From Pseudomonas aeruginosa PAO1 (GTDB taxonomy: Bacteria > Pseudomonadota > Gammaproteobacteria > Pseudomonadales > Pseudomonadaceae): a stretch of DNA of 64,000 nt. The position numbers and the translations under genes are program-made. The DNA lies in the NCBI RefSeq assembly GCF_000006765.1, contig NC_002516.2. One strand, given 5' to 3'. Below are positions 17,804 through 28,601 of the stretch, piece by piece (position 1 is the first letter of the stretch; each line of letters starts with the position of its first letter). The notes beneath the pieces were generated by a model that was not told the DNA's origin, ran no database searches, and worked only from the letters and a program-made list of their open reading frames with translations.

Positions 17804-19654
17804 ATGAACAGAGTTTTCCTGACCCCGGCAGCCGTGGCGCTGTGCGGCGCGTCTTCCCTGAGCCTGGCCGAACCGGTCAGCCTTGCCGACCAGGTGGTGA
17901 CCGCCACCCGTACCGCCCAGACCGCTTCCCAGAGCCTGGCGGCGGTGAGCGTCATCGACCGCGAGGATATCGAGCGCAGCCAGGCGCGCAGCGTGCCGGA
18001 GCTGTTGCGCCAGGTACCCGGCGTGTCGCTGGCGAACAACGGCGGTTTCGGCAAGAACACCACGCTGTTCCTGCGCGGCACCGAGTCCGACCATGTGCTG
18101 GTGCTGATCGACGGCATCAAGGTCGGCTCGGCCAGCGCTGGCCTCACCGCGTTCCAGGACTTGCCGGTGGAGCTGATCGAGCGCATCGAGGTGGTCCGCG
18201 GGCCGCGTTCCAGCCTGTACGGCTCGGAGGCCATCGGCGGGGTGATCCAGATCTTCACCCGGCGCGGCGACGGCCAGGGCGCCAAGCCGTTCTTCTCCGC
18301 CGGTTACGGCACCCATCAGACCCTGGAGGGCAGCGCCGGGGTCAGCGGCGGCGCCGGCAACGGCTGGTACAGCCTCGGGGTGAGCAGCTTCGATACGGCG
18401 GGGATCAATACCAAGCGCGCCGGTACTGCGGGCTATGAGCCAGACCGAGACGGCTACCGCAACCTGTCCGGCAACCTGCGCGGCGGCTATCGCTTCGACA
18501 ATGGCCTGGAACTCGACGGTACCCTGCTGAGGGCCAAGTCGCACAACGACTATGACCAGGTCTTCGGCAACTCCGGTTTCAATGCCAACGCCGACGGCGA
18601 GCAGAACCTGGTCGGCGGCCGTGCCCGCTTCACTCCGTTCGATCCCTGGCTGGTGACCCTCCAGGCCGGGCGCAGCGAGGACAAGGCCGATGCCTATCAG
18701 GATGGCCGTTTCTACTCGCGCTTCGATACCCGTCGCGACAGCCTGTCCTGGCAGAACGACCTGACCCTGGCCGAAGGCCATGTGCTGACCCTCGGCTACG
18801 ACTGGCAGAAGGACGAGATCAGCAGCAGCGAAGCCTTCAGCGTCGACTCGCGGCTGAACAAAGGCTGGTTCGCCCAGTACCTCGGCCAGTACGGTCGCCA
18901 GGATTGGCAACTGAGCCTGCGCCGCGACGACAACCAGCAGTTCGGCGTGCACGACACCGGCAGCGCCGCCTGGGGCTACGCGCTGAGCGACGCGCTGCGC
19001 TTCACCGTCAGCTACGGCACGGCGTTCAAGGCGCCGACCTTCAACGAACTCTACTACCCCGACTACGGCAATCCCGACCTGGACGCCGAGACTTCGCGCA
19101 GCCTGGAAGTCGGGCTGAGCGGTACGCATGGCTGGGGGCACTGGGCGGTAAATGCCTTCCGTACCAACGTCGACGACCTGATCGGCAACGATCCGCGTCC
19201 GGCGCCGGGGCGCCCCTGGGGGCAGCCGAACAACATCGACGAAGCGCGCATCCGTGGCGTCGAACTGGTCCTCGGCAGCCAGTGGCTGGGCTGGGACTGG
19301 AACGCCAACGCGACCTTCCTCGACCCGCAAAACCGTTCCGGCGGCGTCAACGACGGCAACGAGCTGCCGCGCCGGGCGCGGCGGATGTTCAACCTGGAAC
19401 TGGACCGGCGCTTCGAGCGTCTTTCGCTGGGCGCCAGCGTGCACGCCGAAGGCCGACGCTATGATGACCCGGCCAACAAGGTGCGCCTGGGCGGCTACGC
19501 CACCCTCGACCTGCGCAGCGAATACCGGCTGAACGACGAATGGCGCCTGCAGGGCCGGATCGCCAACCTGTTCGGTGCCGACCACGAAACCGCGTATGGC
19601 TACAACCAGCCTGGCCAGGCGGTCTACCTCAGCGTGCGCTACCAGGCTCTGTGA
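17804..19654 (+). CDS. btuB: TonB-dependent vitamin B12 receptor
   Basis: Signal peptide, TonB box DQVVVTATRT, LFLRGTESDHVLVLIDG, IERIEVVRGPRSSLYG; lies behind the B12 riboswitch. Confidence 0.96.
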   Translation: MNRVFLTPAAVALCGASSLSLAEPVSLADQVVTATRTAQTASQSLAAVSVIDREDIERSQARSVPELLRQVPGVSLANNGGFGKNTTLFLRGTESDHVLVLIDGIKVGSASAGLTAFQDLPVELIERIEVVRGPRSSLYGSEAIGGVIQIFTRRGDGQGAKPFFSAGYGTHQTLEGSAGVSGGAGNGWYSLGVSSFDTAGINTKRAGTAGYEPDRDGYRNLSGNLRGGYRFDNGLELDGTLLRAKSHNDYDQVFGNSGFNANADGEQNLVGGRARFTPFDPWLVTLQAGRSEDKADAYQDGRFYSRFDTRRDSLSWQNDLTLAEGHVLTLGYDWQKDEISSSEAFSVDSRLNKGWFAQYLGQYGRQDWQLSLRRDDNQQFGVHDTGSAAWGYALSDALRFTVSYGTAFKAPTFNELYYPDYGNPDLDAETSRSLEVGLSGTHGWGHWAVNAFRTNVDDLIGNDPRPAPGRPWGQPNNIDEARIRGVELVLGSQWLGWDWNANATFLDPQNRSGGVNDGNELPRRARRMFNLELDRRFERLSLGASVHAEGRRYDDPANKVRLGGYATLDLRSEYRLNDEWRLQGRIANLFGADHETAYGYNQPGQAVYLSVRYQAL

Positions 19655-19717
19655 GGCCGGGTATTTCGAATGAACGAGGCGACGGCGTGGCCGCGTCGCC
19701 GCAAGGAGTGATCGACG

Positions 19718-20329
19718 ATGAACGAATCCCCCGAGAAGGACCAGCGCCACCGCGAGCGGATGGAGCGCAAGAAGGCCGTGGTCGACGAGAAGATCGCCCA
19801 GGCCCGCGACGAACGCGGCGTGCTCCTGGTGCATAGCGGCAACGGCAAGGGCAAGAGCAGCTCGGCCTTCGGCATGGTCGCGCGGGCCCTGGGCCATGGC
19901 ATGAAGGTCGGTGTCGTGCAGTTCATCAAGGGCGCCGCCAGCACCGGCGAGGAAGCCTTCTTCCGGCGCTTCCCCGAGGAAGTCAGCTATCACGTGATGG
20001 GCGAGGGCTTCACCTGGGAGACCCAGGACCGCCAGCGCGACATCGCCAAGGCCGAGGCGGCCTGGAAGGTCGCCGCGCAATTGCTGGCCGACCCGGACGT
20101 TGGCCTGGTGGTGCTGGACGAACTGAACATCGCCCTCAAGCACGGCTACCTGGAACTGGACAGGGTCCTCGCCGACATCCAGGCGCGCCCGGCCATGCAG
20201 CATGTGGTGGTGACCGGTCGCGGCGCGCAGCCGGGGATGATCGAGGCCGCCGACACGGTGACCGAGATGAGCCTGGTCAAGCACGCGTTCAAGGCCGGGA
20301 TCAAGGCGCAGAAAGGAGTGGAGTTCTGA
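19718..20329 (+). CDS. cobO: Cob(I)yrinic acid a,c-diamide adenosyltransferase
   Basis: GNGKGKSSSAFG, QFIKG, LVVLDELN, VVVTGRGA, AQKGVEF. Confidence 0.96.
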   Translation: MNESPEKDQRHRERMERKKAVVDEKIAQARDERGVLLVHSGNGKGKSSSAFGMVARALGHGMKVGVVQFIKGAASTGEEAFFRRFPEEVSYHVMGEGFTWETQDRQRDIAKAEAAWKVAAQLLADPDVGLVVLDELNIALKHGYLELDRVLADIQARPAMQHVVVTGRGAQPGMIEAADTVTEMSLVKHAFKAGIKAQKGVEF

Positions 20330-20360
20330 TGCCCGCGCCATGCGCGGAGACGCTTCGCCC

Positions 20361-21668
20361 ATGACCCAGGCACGCTGTCCGGCCCTGCTGATCGCCGCCC
20401 CGGCCTCCGGCCAGGGCAAGACCACCGTCACCGCCGCCCTGGCCCGCCTGCATGCGCGCCAGGGGCGGCGGGTACGGGTGTTCAAGTGCGGGCCGGACTT
20501 CCTCGACCCGATGATCCTCGCCCGCGCCTCCGGCGCGCCGGTCTACCAGCTCGACCTGTGGATGGTCGGCGAGGCCGAAGCGCGACGCCTGCTGGCGCGG
20601 GCCGCCGGCGAGGCCGACCTGATCCTCATCGAAGGGGTGATGGGCCTGTTCGATGGCAACCCCTCGGCGGCAGACCTGGCGCGGCGTTTCGGCGTGCCGG
20701 TGCTGGGGGTGATCAACGGCGCGGCGATGGCCCAGACCTTCGGCGCGCTGGCCTACGGCCTGGCGCATTTCCAGCCGGACCTGCCGTTTTCCGGAGTGCT
20801 CGGCAACCGCGTCGGCAGCCAACGCCACAGCGACATCCTGCGCGATTGCCTGCCGCCCGGCATGCGCTGGTTCGGCGGCCTGCCGCGCTCGGCCGAATTC
20901 GAACTGCCGAGCCGCCACCTGGGCCTGGTCCAGGCCGAGGAACTGGCCGATCTCGATGCGCGCCTGGACGCCGCCGCCGACGCCTTGCGGGCCAGCGCCG
21001 AGACCGACCTGCCGGAGCCGGTGACCTTCGAGGTACCCGCTCCGGCGCCGCTGCAACGCAGCCTGGAAGGCGTGCGCATCGGCGTGGCTCGCGATGCCTC
21101 GTTCGCCTTCCTCTACCAGGCCAATCTCGACCTGCTGCGCGAACTCGGCGCCGAACTGGCGTTCTTCTCGCCGCTGCAGGACCAGGCGTTGCCCGCCGTG
21201 GACAGCCTGTACCTGCCGGGCGGCTACCCCGAACTGCACCTGGGGCGCCTGCAGGGCAATCGCGCCATGGCCGAGGCGATCCGAGCCCACCATGCCGCCG
21301 GCAAGCCGCTGCTGGCCGAGTGCGGCGGCATGCTCTACCTGCTCGACTGCCTGGAAGACGCCGACGGCGAGCGCGGCGAACTGCTCGGCCTGCTGCCGGG
21401 CCGGGCGCGCCTGCAGAAGCGCCTGACCGCCCTGGCCTTGCAGGAGGTCGAGCTGCCGGAAGGGCGGCTGCGCGGGCATACCTTCCATCACTCGACCCTC
21501 GACTGCGCCGTCGAGCCTCTGGCCCGTGGCGTCTGCCCGAACGGCCGGAACACGGCGGAGGCGGTGTTCCGTCTTGGCCGGCTGACGGCTTCCTATATCC
21601 ATTTCTACCTGCCTTCCAACCCGCAGGCCGCCGCTGCGTTGCTGGCGCCCGCGCGAGACGCCGACTGA
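20361..21668 (+). CDS. cobB: Cobyrinate/hydrogenobyrinate a,c-diamide synthase
   Basis: ASGQGKTT, FKCGPDFLDP, IEGVMGLFDG, GGYPE, AECGGM glutaminase domain. Confidence 0.95.
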   Translation: MTQARCPALLIAAPASGQGKTTVTAALARLHARQGRRVRVFKCGPDFLDPMILARASGAPVYQLDLWMVGEAEARRLLARAAGEADLILIEGVMGLFDGNPSAADLARRFGVPVLGVINGAAMAQTFGALAYGLAHFQPDLPFSGVLGNRVGSQRHSDILRDCLPPGMRWFGGLPRSAEFELPSRHLGLVQAEELADLDARLDAAADALRASAETDLPEPVTFEVPAPAPLQRSLEGVRIGVARDASFAFLYQANLDLLRELGAELAFFSPLQDQALPAVDSLYLPGGYPELHLGRLQGNRAMAEAIRAHHAAGKPLLAECGGMLYLLDCLEDADGERGELLGLLPGRARLQKRLTALALQEVELPEGRLRGHTFHHSTLDCAVEPLARGVCPNGRNTAEAVFRLGRLTASYIHFYLPSNPQAAAALLAPARDAD

Positions 21669-21669
21669 C

Positions 21670-22326
21670 ATGTCCGATTCTTCCCACGCCTTCAGCGCCA
21701 CGGAGCGCGCCGCCGTCTACCGGGCCATCGCCGAGCGCCGCGACATGCGCCACTTCAGCGGTGGCAGCGTGGCGCCGGAGCTGCTCGCGCGGCTGCTGGA
21801 GGCCGCACACCAGGCGCCCAGCGTCGGCCTGATGCAACCCTGGCGCTTCATCCGTATCACCGAGCCGGCGTTGCGGCGGGCCATCCACGGGCTGGTCGAG
21901 GAGGAACGCGGACGCACCGCCGAAGCCCTCGGCGAGCGCTCCGACGAGTTCATGCGGCTCAAGGTCGAGGGCGTGCTGGATTGCGCCGAACTGCTGGTCG
22001 CCGCCCTGATGGACGACCGCGAACGCCATGTGTTCGGTCGCCGGACCCTGCCGCAGATGGACCTGGCGTCGCTCGCCTGCGCGATCCAGAACCTCTGGCT
22101 GGCCAGTCGCGCCGAGGGCCTGGGGATGGGCTGGGTATCGCTGTTCGATCCGGCCGCGCTGGGCGAGTTGCTCGGCCTGCCGCCCGGCAGCGAGGCGGTG
22201 GCGGTGCTCTGCCTGGGCCCGGTGGCGGAGTTCTACCCGGCGCCGATGCTGGCGCTGGAGGGTTGGAGCGAACCGCGTCCGCTGGCCGAGCTGGTCTACC
22301 AGAACCGTTGGGGCGAGCGAGCATGA
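21670..22326 (+). CDS. bluB: 5,6-dimethylbenzimidazole synthase
   Basis: [43 protein letters not shown] nitroreductase-fold motifs. Confidence 0.95.
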
Positions 22327-23261
22327 GCGCACTGCTGGGTATCCTCGGCGTGGTGCTGGATGCGCGCTTCGGCGAGCCGCAGGGCTGGCACCCGTTGGTC
22401 GCCTTCGGCCGCCTGGCCGACCGCCTGGAGCGCCGTTTCAACCGCTCGCGCCTGGCCGGCGAGGCCGATCCCGGGGTCGGCTGGCGCAGCCACGGGGTGA
22501 CCGCCTGGGTCCTCGCGGTACTGCCGCTGACCCTGCTGGCCTGGGCGCTCGCTGAACTTCCCTACCTCGGCTGGCTGGTCCAGGCCCTGGCGCTGTACGC
22601 CGCGCTCGGCCTGCGTAGCCTCGGCGAGCACGCCGAACCGGTGGCGCTGGCCTTGCGCGCCGGCGACCTGGACGAGGCGCGGCGACGTGTCGGCTACCTG
22701 GTCAGCCGCGATACCCGCGAACTGGACCAGGCCGGGGTCGCCCGCGCGGCCACCGAGTCGGTACTGGAGAACGGCAGCGACGCGGTCTACGCCGCCCTGT
22801 TCTGGTTCGCCGTGGCCGGCGCGCCGGGGGTGGTGCTGTATCGCCTGAGCAATACCCTGGACGCGATGTGGGGCTACCGCAACGCGCGCTTCGAGCGCTT
22901 CGGCTGGGCCGCGGCGAAGATCGACGACATCCTCAACTACCTGCCGGCGCGGCTGGTGGCGCTGACCTACGCGCTGCTCGGCGACACCCGCCAGGCCCTG
23001 CGCTGCTGGCGCGAGCAGGCGCCGCAATGGGACAGCCCCAACGCCGGCCCGGTGATGGCCGCCGGCGCCGGTGCGCTGGGGGTTTTCCTGGGCGGCGCGG
23101 CGATCTACCACGGCGAGCTGCACCAGCGGCCGCTCCTCGGCAGCGGCCCGCAGCCGCAGGGCCGCGACATCTATCGGGCTCTGGCGCTGGTGCGCCAGGG
23201 CGTGCTGCTCTGGCTGCTGGTGCTGGCCGGACTCTGGGCCATGGGGTGGCTGCATGCTTGA
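22323..23261 (+). CDS. cobD: Adenosylcobinamide-phosphate synthase (CobD/CbiB)
   Basis: [38 protein letters not shown]. Confidence 0.95.
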
Positions 23262-24249
23262 ACACGGAGGACGGTTGCGCGAGGCGGCGCGCCGTTACGA
23301 CATTCCGCTGGCGGACTGGCTGGACCTGTCCACCGGCATCGCGCCCTGGCCGTTTTCGCTGCCGGCGATCCCCGAGCAGGCCTGGACCCGCCTGCCGGAG
23401 AGCGACGACGGCCTGGAAGCCGCCGCCTGCCTCTACTACGGCGCCGAACGGGTATTGCCGCTGGCTGGCAGCCAGGCGGCGATCCAGGCCCTGCCGAGGA
23501 TGCGGCGGGGCGGGCGGGTCGGCGTCCTGTCGCCGTGCTACGCCGAGCACGCCCACGCCTGGCGCCAGGCCGGGCACCTGGTGCGGGAGATCGGCGAGGC
23601 CGAGGTCGAGCCCTATCTCGACAGCCTCGACGTGCTGCTGGTGGTCAACCCGAACAACCCCACCGGGCGGGTCTTCGAGCCCGCCGAGCTACTGGCCTGG
23701 CATGCCCGCCTGCAACGTCGCGGCGGCTGGCTGCTGGTCGACGAGGCGTTCATGGACTGCACCCCGCAGTCGAGCCTGGCGGCCTGCAGCAACCGGCCCG
23801 GATTGATCGTGCTGCGCTCGTTCGGCAAGTTCTTCGGCCTGGCCGGCGCGCGGCTCGGCTTCGCCCTCGGCGAACGGCCGCTGTTGCAGGCGCTGGCCGA
23901 GCAGCTCGGTCCGTGGACGGTCAATGGCCCGGTGCGCCATGTGGCCCAGAGTGCCTTGCGCGACCGCCAGCAACAGCGCCAGCAGCGCGAGCGCCTGCTG
24001 GCCGCCAGCCAGCGCCTGGAGGAACTGCTGCGCCGCCACGGCTGGCCGCCGGCGGGCGGCAGCGCGCTGTTCCAGCGCCTGGTCGATCCACGCTGCGCGG
24101 CGTTGCACGACTACCTGGCGCGGCGCGGCATCCTCACCCGCCAATTCGAGCAGCCGGCCAGCCTGCGCCTCGGCCTGCCCGCCGACGAGGCCGCCTGGGC
24201 CCGGCTGGATGCCGCGCTGCTCGGCTTCAAGGAGCCTGCTCATGAGTGA
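23254..24249 (+). CDS. cobC: Threonine-phosphate decarboxylase (Pseudomonas CobC, Salmonella CobD)
   Basis: [45 protein letters not shown] motif. Confidence 0.95.
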
Positions 24250-25714
24250 TCGCGGGCGGACCCTGATGGTCCAGGGCACCACCTCGGACGCCGGCAAGAG
24301 CACCCTGGTGACCGCGCTGTGCCGCTGGCTGGCCCGGCGCGGCGTCGCGGTGGTGCCGTTCAAGCCGCAGAACATGGCGCTGAACAGCGCGGTCACCGCC
24401 GACGGCGGCGAGATCGGCCGCGCCCAGGCGGTCCAGGCCCAGGCCTGTCGGCTGGCGCCGCACACCGACATGAACCCGGTGCTGCTCAAGCCGAACACCG
24501 ACATCGGCGCCCAGGTGATCATCCATGGCCGCGCGGTGACCAGCATGGACGCCGCCGCCTACCACGACTACAAGCGCGTGGCGATGGAAGCGGTGCTGGC
24601 TTCCCATGGGCGGCTCGCCGCCGCCTACCGGGTGGTGATGGTGGAGGGCGCCGGCTCGCCGGCGGAGATCAACCTGCGCGCCAACGACATCGCCAACATG
24701 GGCTTCGCCGAAGCGGTGGATTGCCCGGTGATCCTGGTCGCCGATATCGACCGCGGCGGGGTCTTCGCCCACCTGGTCGGCACCCTGGAACTGCTCTCCG
24801 ACTCGGAGCGGGAGCGGGTCAAGGGCTTCGTCATCAATCGCTTCCGCGGCGACATCGCCCTGCTGCAACCCGGCCTCGACTGGCTGGAGGCGCGCACCGG
24901 CAAGCCGGTGCTCGGCGTGCTGCCCTATGTCAGCGACCTGCACCTGGAGGCGGAGGACGCCATCGACACGCGCCAGGCGGCCAAGGTCGGGCCGCGCCTG
25001 AAGGTGGTGGTGCCGGTGCTGCCGAGGATCAGCAACCACACCGATTTCGATCCGCTGCGCCTGCACCCCCAGGTCGAGTTGAGCTTCGTCGGCCCCGGCC
25101 AGGCGCTGCCGTCGGCGGACCTGATCGTCCTGCCCGGCTCGAAGAGCGTGCGCGCCGACCTCGCGGCGCTGCGCGAGCGTGGCTGGGACGAGGCGATCCT
25201 CCGTCACCTGCGCTACGGCGGTCGCCTGCTGGGGATCTGCGGCGGCCTGCAGATGCTCGGCGAGCGCCTGCACGATCCGCTCGGCCTGGAAGGCGCGGCC
25301 GGCAGCAGCGCTGGCCTCGGCCTGCTGGCGTTGGAAACGACCCTGGAGGCGGACAAGCAATTGCGCAACGTACAGGGCCGCCTGAGCCTGGAGGATGCGC
25401 CGCTGTCGGGCTACGAGATCCATGCCGGAGTCACCCGTGGCGAAGCCCTGGCGCGGCCGGCGGTGGTGCTCGACGATGGCCGCGCGGATGGTGCCCGCAG
25501 CGTCGACGGGAACGTCATGGGCACCTACCTGCACGGCCTGTTCGAATCCACCGCGGCCTGTTCGGCGCTGCTGCGCTGGGCCGGCCTGCGCGAGGTCCAG
25601 GCGGTGGACTACCAGGCCTTGCGCGAACGCGACATCGAGCGGCTCGCCGACCTGGTCGAGCGCCACCTGGATACCGGGCGATTGCTCGCCCTCTGCGGAG
25701 AACCCCATGCGTGA
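24242..25714 (+). CDS. cobQ: Cobyric acid synthase
   Basis: [49 protein letters not shown]. Confidence 0.97.
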   Translation: MSDRGRTLMVQGTTSDAGKSTLVTALCRWLARRGVAVVPFKPQNMALNSAVTADGGEIGRAQAVQAQACRLAPHTDMNPVLLKPNTDIGAQVIIHGRAVTSMDAAAYHDYKRVAMEAVLASHGRLAAAYRVVMVEGAGSPAEINLRANDIANMGFAEAVDCPVILVADIDRGGVFAHLVGTLELLSDSERERVKGFVINRFRGDIALLQPGLDWLEARTGKPVLGVLPYVSDLHLEAEDAIDTRQAAKVGPRLKVVVPVLPRISNHTDFDPLRLHPQVELSFVGPGQALPSADLIVLPGSKSVRADLAALRERGWDEAILRHLRYGGRLLGICGGLQMLGERLHDPLGLEGAAGSSAGLGLLALETTLEADKQLRNVQGRLSLEDAPLSGYEIHAGVTRGEALARPAVVLDDGRADGARSVDGNVMGTYLHGLFESTAACSALLRWAGLREVQAVDYQALRERDIERLADLVERHLDTGRLLALCGEPHA

Positions 25715-26228
25715 CCTGATCCTTGGCGGCGCCCGTTCCGGCAAGAGCCGCCTGGCCGAGCGCCTGGCCGCCGAGAGCGGGCTGGCGGTGAGCTACATCG
25801 CCACCGCCCAGGCCGGCGACGGCGAAATGGGCCGGCGCATCGCCGAGCACCGCGCGCGCCGCCCGGCCCACTGGCGAACCCTGGAGGAGCCTCTGGCGCT
25901 GGCGGCGACGCTGCGCAGCGAGGCCGAGGCCGGACGCTGCCTGCTGGTCGACTGCCTGACCCTGTGGCTGACCAACCTGCTGCTCTGCGACGATCCCCAG
26001 CGTCTCGACGGCGAGCGCGAGGCGCTGCTGGAATGTCTCGGCGAGCTGCCGGGACGGATCATCTTGGTCAGCAACGAAACCGGGCTCGGCGTGGTGCCGC
26101 TGGGCGAACTCAGCCGGCGCTACGTCGACGAGGCCGGCTGGCTGCACCAGGCCATCGCCGAACGCTGCGAACGGGTGACCTTCACCGTCGCCGGCCTGCC
26201 CATGCCGTTGAAAGGAGAACCGCTATGA
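25707..26228 (+). CDS. cobP: Bifunctional adenosylcobinamide kinase / guanylyltransferase
   Basis: [39 protein letters not shown]. Confidence 0.95.
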   Translation: MRDLILGGARSGKSRLAERLAAESGLAVSYIATAQAGDGEMGRRIAEHRARRPAHWRTLEEPLALAATLRSEAEAGRCLLVDCLTLWLTNLLLCDDPQRLDGEREALLECLGELPGRIILVSNETGLGVVPLGELSRRYVDEAGWLHQAIAERCERVTFTVAGLPMPLKGEPL

Positions 26229-27280
26229 GTCTGCAATGGTGGCGCGACACCTGCCGCGAGGCGGACCCGCAGATGCGCCGGCGCGCGGCCGAACGCCAGG
26301 ACCGGTTGACCAAGCCGCGCGGCTCGCTGGGCCGCCTGGAGCAAGTGGCGATCGACCTGGCGGCGTTGCAGGGGCGCGAACGACCGAGCCTGGAGAGGAT
26401 CTGGGTGACGGTCTTCGCCGGCGACCACGGGGTAGTCGCCGAGGGCATCTCGGCCTATCCGCAGGCGGTCACCGGCGAGATGCTGCGCAACTTCGTCCGC
26501 GGCGGCGCGGCGATCAGCGTGCTGGCGCGCGAACTCGGCGCCGGCCTGGAGGTGGTCGACCTGGGCACCGCGTTCCCCCTGGAAGCCTTGCCCGGCGTGC
26601 GTCACCTGCGCCTGGCGGCGGGCACCGCGAACTTCGTCGAGGCCCCGGCGATGGGCGCCGAAGAGTGCCTGCTGGCGCTCGAGGCCGGGCGCGAAAGCGT
26701 GCGCCGCGCCGAGCAGGCCGGCAGCCAGCTGTTCATCGGCGGCGAGATGGGCATCGGCAATACCACCGCGGCGGCGGCCATGGCCTGCGCGCTGCTGGAT
26801 GCGCCGGCGAGCGCGCTGGTCGGGCCGGGAACCGGGCTGGACGCCAGCGGCGTGGCGCACAAGGCCGCGGTGATCGAGCGTGCCCTGGCCCTGCACGGCG
26901 CCCATCGCGCCGACCCCTTCGAAACCCTCCGCCGTCTCGGTGGCCTGGAGATCGCCGCGCTGGCCGGCGCCTACCTGGCCTGCGCGCAGAAAGGCATGGT
27001 CGCCCTGGTCGACGGCTACATCTGCAGCGTCGCGGCGCTCTGCGCGGTGCGCCTGAACCCGGCCTGCCGCGACTGGCTGCTGTTCGCCCACAGCGGTGCC
27101 GAGCCGGGCCATCGCCATGTGCTCGAAGCCCTGGCGGCGCAACCGCTGCTCGACCTCGGCCTGCGCCTGGGCGAGGGCAGCGGCGCGGCGCTGGCGGTGC
27201 CGCTGCTGCGCCAGGCCTGCGCGCTGCACGCGGGGATGGCGACCTTCGCCGAAGCGGCGGTCTCGGACCGCCCGGCATGA
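26225..27280 (+). CDS. cobU: Nicotinate-nucleotide-dimethylbenzimidazole phosphoribosyltransferase (Pseudomonas CobU, enteric CobT)
   Basis: [42 protein letters not shown]. Confidence 0.96.
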   Translation: MSLQWWRDTCREADPQMRRRAAERQDRLTKPRGSLGRLEQVAIDLAALQGRERPSLERIWVTVFAGDHGVVAEGISAYPQAVTGEMLRNFVRGGAAISVLARELGAGLEVVDLGTAFPLEALPGVRHLRLAAGTANFVEAPAMGAEECLLALEAGRESVRRAEQAGSQLFIGGEMGIGNTTAAAAMACALLDAPASALVGPGTGLDASGVAHKAAVIERALALHGAHRADPFETLRRLGGLEIAALAGAYLACAQKGMVALVDGYICSVAALCAVRLNPACRDWLLFAHSGAEPGHRHVLEALAAQPLLDLGLRLGEGSGAALAVPLLRQACALHAGMATFAEAAVSDRPA

Positions 27281-27861
27281 GCCTGCGCCTGGACCTCCTG
27301 CGGCATGGCGAAACCGAGTCCGGCGGCGGTTTCCGCGGCAGCCTCGACGACGCCTTGACCGCGCGTGGCTGGGCGCAGATGCGCACGGCGGTGGAAGGCG
27401 GACGCTGGGACCTGCTGGTCAGCTCGCCATTGCAACGTTGCCGCGCCTTCGCCGAGGAACTGGCGCAGCGCCAGGGGATCGAGCTGGAACTGGAAAACGA
27501 TCTGCGCGAACTGCATTTCGGCGCTTGGGAGGGGCGCTCGGCGGCCGCCCTGATGGACGGCCACAGCGAGGCGCTCGGCCGCTTCTGGGCCGATCCCTAC
27601 GCCTTTACCCCGCCGGGCGGCGAGCCGCTGTCCGAGTTCGAGGCGCGGGTGCTGGCCGCCCAGCGACGCCTGCGCCAGCGTCATGCCGGCCGTCGTGTGC
27701 TGCTGGTGACCCATGGCGGCGTCATCCGTCTGTTGCTCGCTCGCGCCCGTGGCCTGCCGCGCGAGCACTTGCTGCAGGTGGACGTCGGTCATGGCGCACT
27801 GTTCGGCCTGCGCGCCGGAGAGGGCGATGATCGCTGGCACGAATGCCGGGAAGGGGAATAG
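27277..27861 (+). CDS. Alpha-ribazole-5'-phosphate phosphatase (histidine phosphatase family)
   Basis: [31 protein letters not shown]; position in the cob operon. Confidence 0.9.
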   Translation: MSLRLDLLRHGETESGGGFRGSLDDALTARGWAQMRTAVEGGRWDLLVSSPLQRCRAFAEELAQRQGIELELENDLRELHFGAWEGRSAAALMDGHSEALGRFWADPYAFTPPGGEPLSEFEARVLAAQRRLRQRHAGRRVLLVTHGGVIRLLLARARGLPREHLLQVDVGHGALFGLRAGEGDDRWHECREGE

Positions 27862-27863
27862 TC

Positions 27864-28601
27864 ATGCGCGAAGCCTTGCGCTCACTGCTGGTCGCCTTGC
27901 AGTTCCTCACCCGCCTGCCGGTGCGCCTGTCGGCGATGCCGACGCCGGAACAGTTCGGCCGCGCGGTGCTCTGCTATCCACTGGTCGGGGTGCTGATCGG
28001 CGTCGTGCTGTACGCCGCGGCGCGGTCGCTCGACGGTACGCCGCCGCTGTTGCAGGCAGCCTTGCTGCTGAGCCTGTGGGTGGCGCTGAGCGGCGCGCTG
28101 CACCTGGACGGCCTGGCCGACATGGCGGACGCCTGGGTCGGCGGGCTGGGCGACCGCGAGCGGACCCTGGCGATCATGAAGGACCCGCGCAGCGGCCCGG
28201 TGGCGGTGGTTGTCCTGGTACTGGTCCTGTTGTTGAAGTTCTCCGCCCTGGCGGCGCTGCTCGGCCAGGGCGAGGCCGGGTTGTTGCCGCTGGCCCCGTG
28301 GCTGGCGCGCAGCAGCCTGCCGCTGCTGTTCCTGACCACACCCTACGCGCGCCCCGGCGGCCTCGGCCAGGCCATCGCCGAGCACCTGCCGGCGCGCAGC
28401 CTGCCGTGGGTGCTGGGGGTGAGTTTCGGCCTGGCCCTGGCGTTCGGCCTGGCCGGCCTGCTGGCGTTGCTGGTGACGCTGATGCTCTTCGCCTGGCTGC
28501 GCAGCCGTTTCCTCGCGCGCCTCGGCGGCACCACCGGGGACACCGCCGGCGCGCTGGTCGAACTTACCGAGTGTGCGGTGCTGGTGGCGCTGGCTCTGTA
28601 G
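27864..28601 (+). CDS. cobV: Cobalamin-5'-phosphate synthase (CobV/CobS)
   Basis: QFLTRLP, GALHLDGLADMAD, IMKDPRSG, GGTTGDTAGA. Confidence 0.95.
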   Translation: MREALRSLLVALQFLTRLPVRLSAMPTPEQFGRAVLCYPLVGVLIGVVLYAAARSLDGTPPLLQAALLLSLWVALSGALHLDGLADMADAWVGGLGDRERTLAIMKDPRSGPVAVVVLVLVLLLKFSALAALLGQGEAGLLPLAPWLARSSLPLLFLTTPYARPGGLGQAIAEHLPARSLPWVLGVSFGLALAFGLAGLLALLVTLMLFAWLRSRFLARLGGTTGDTAGALVELTECAVLVALAL

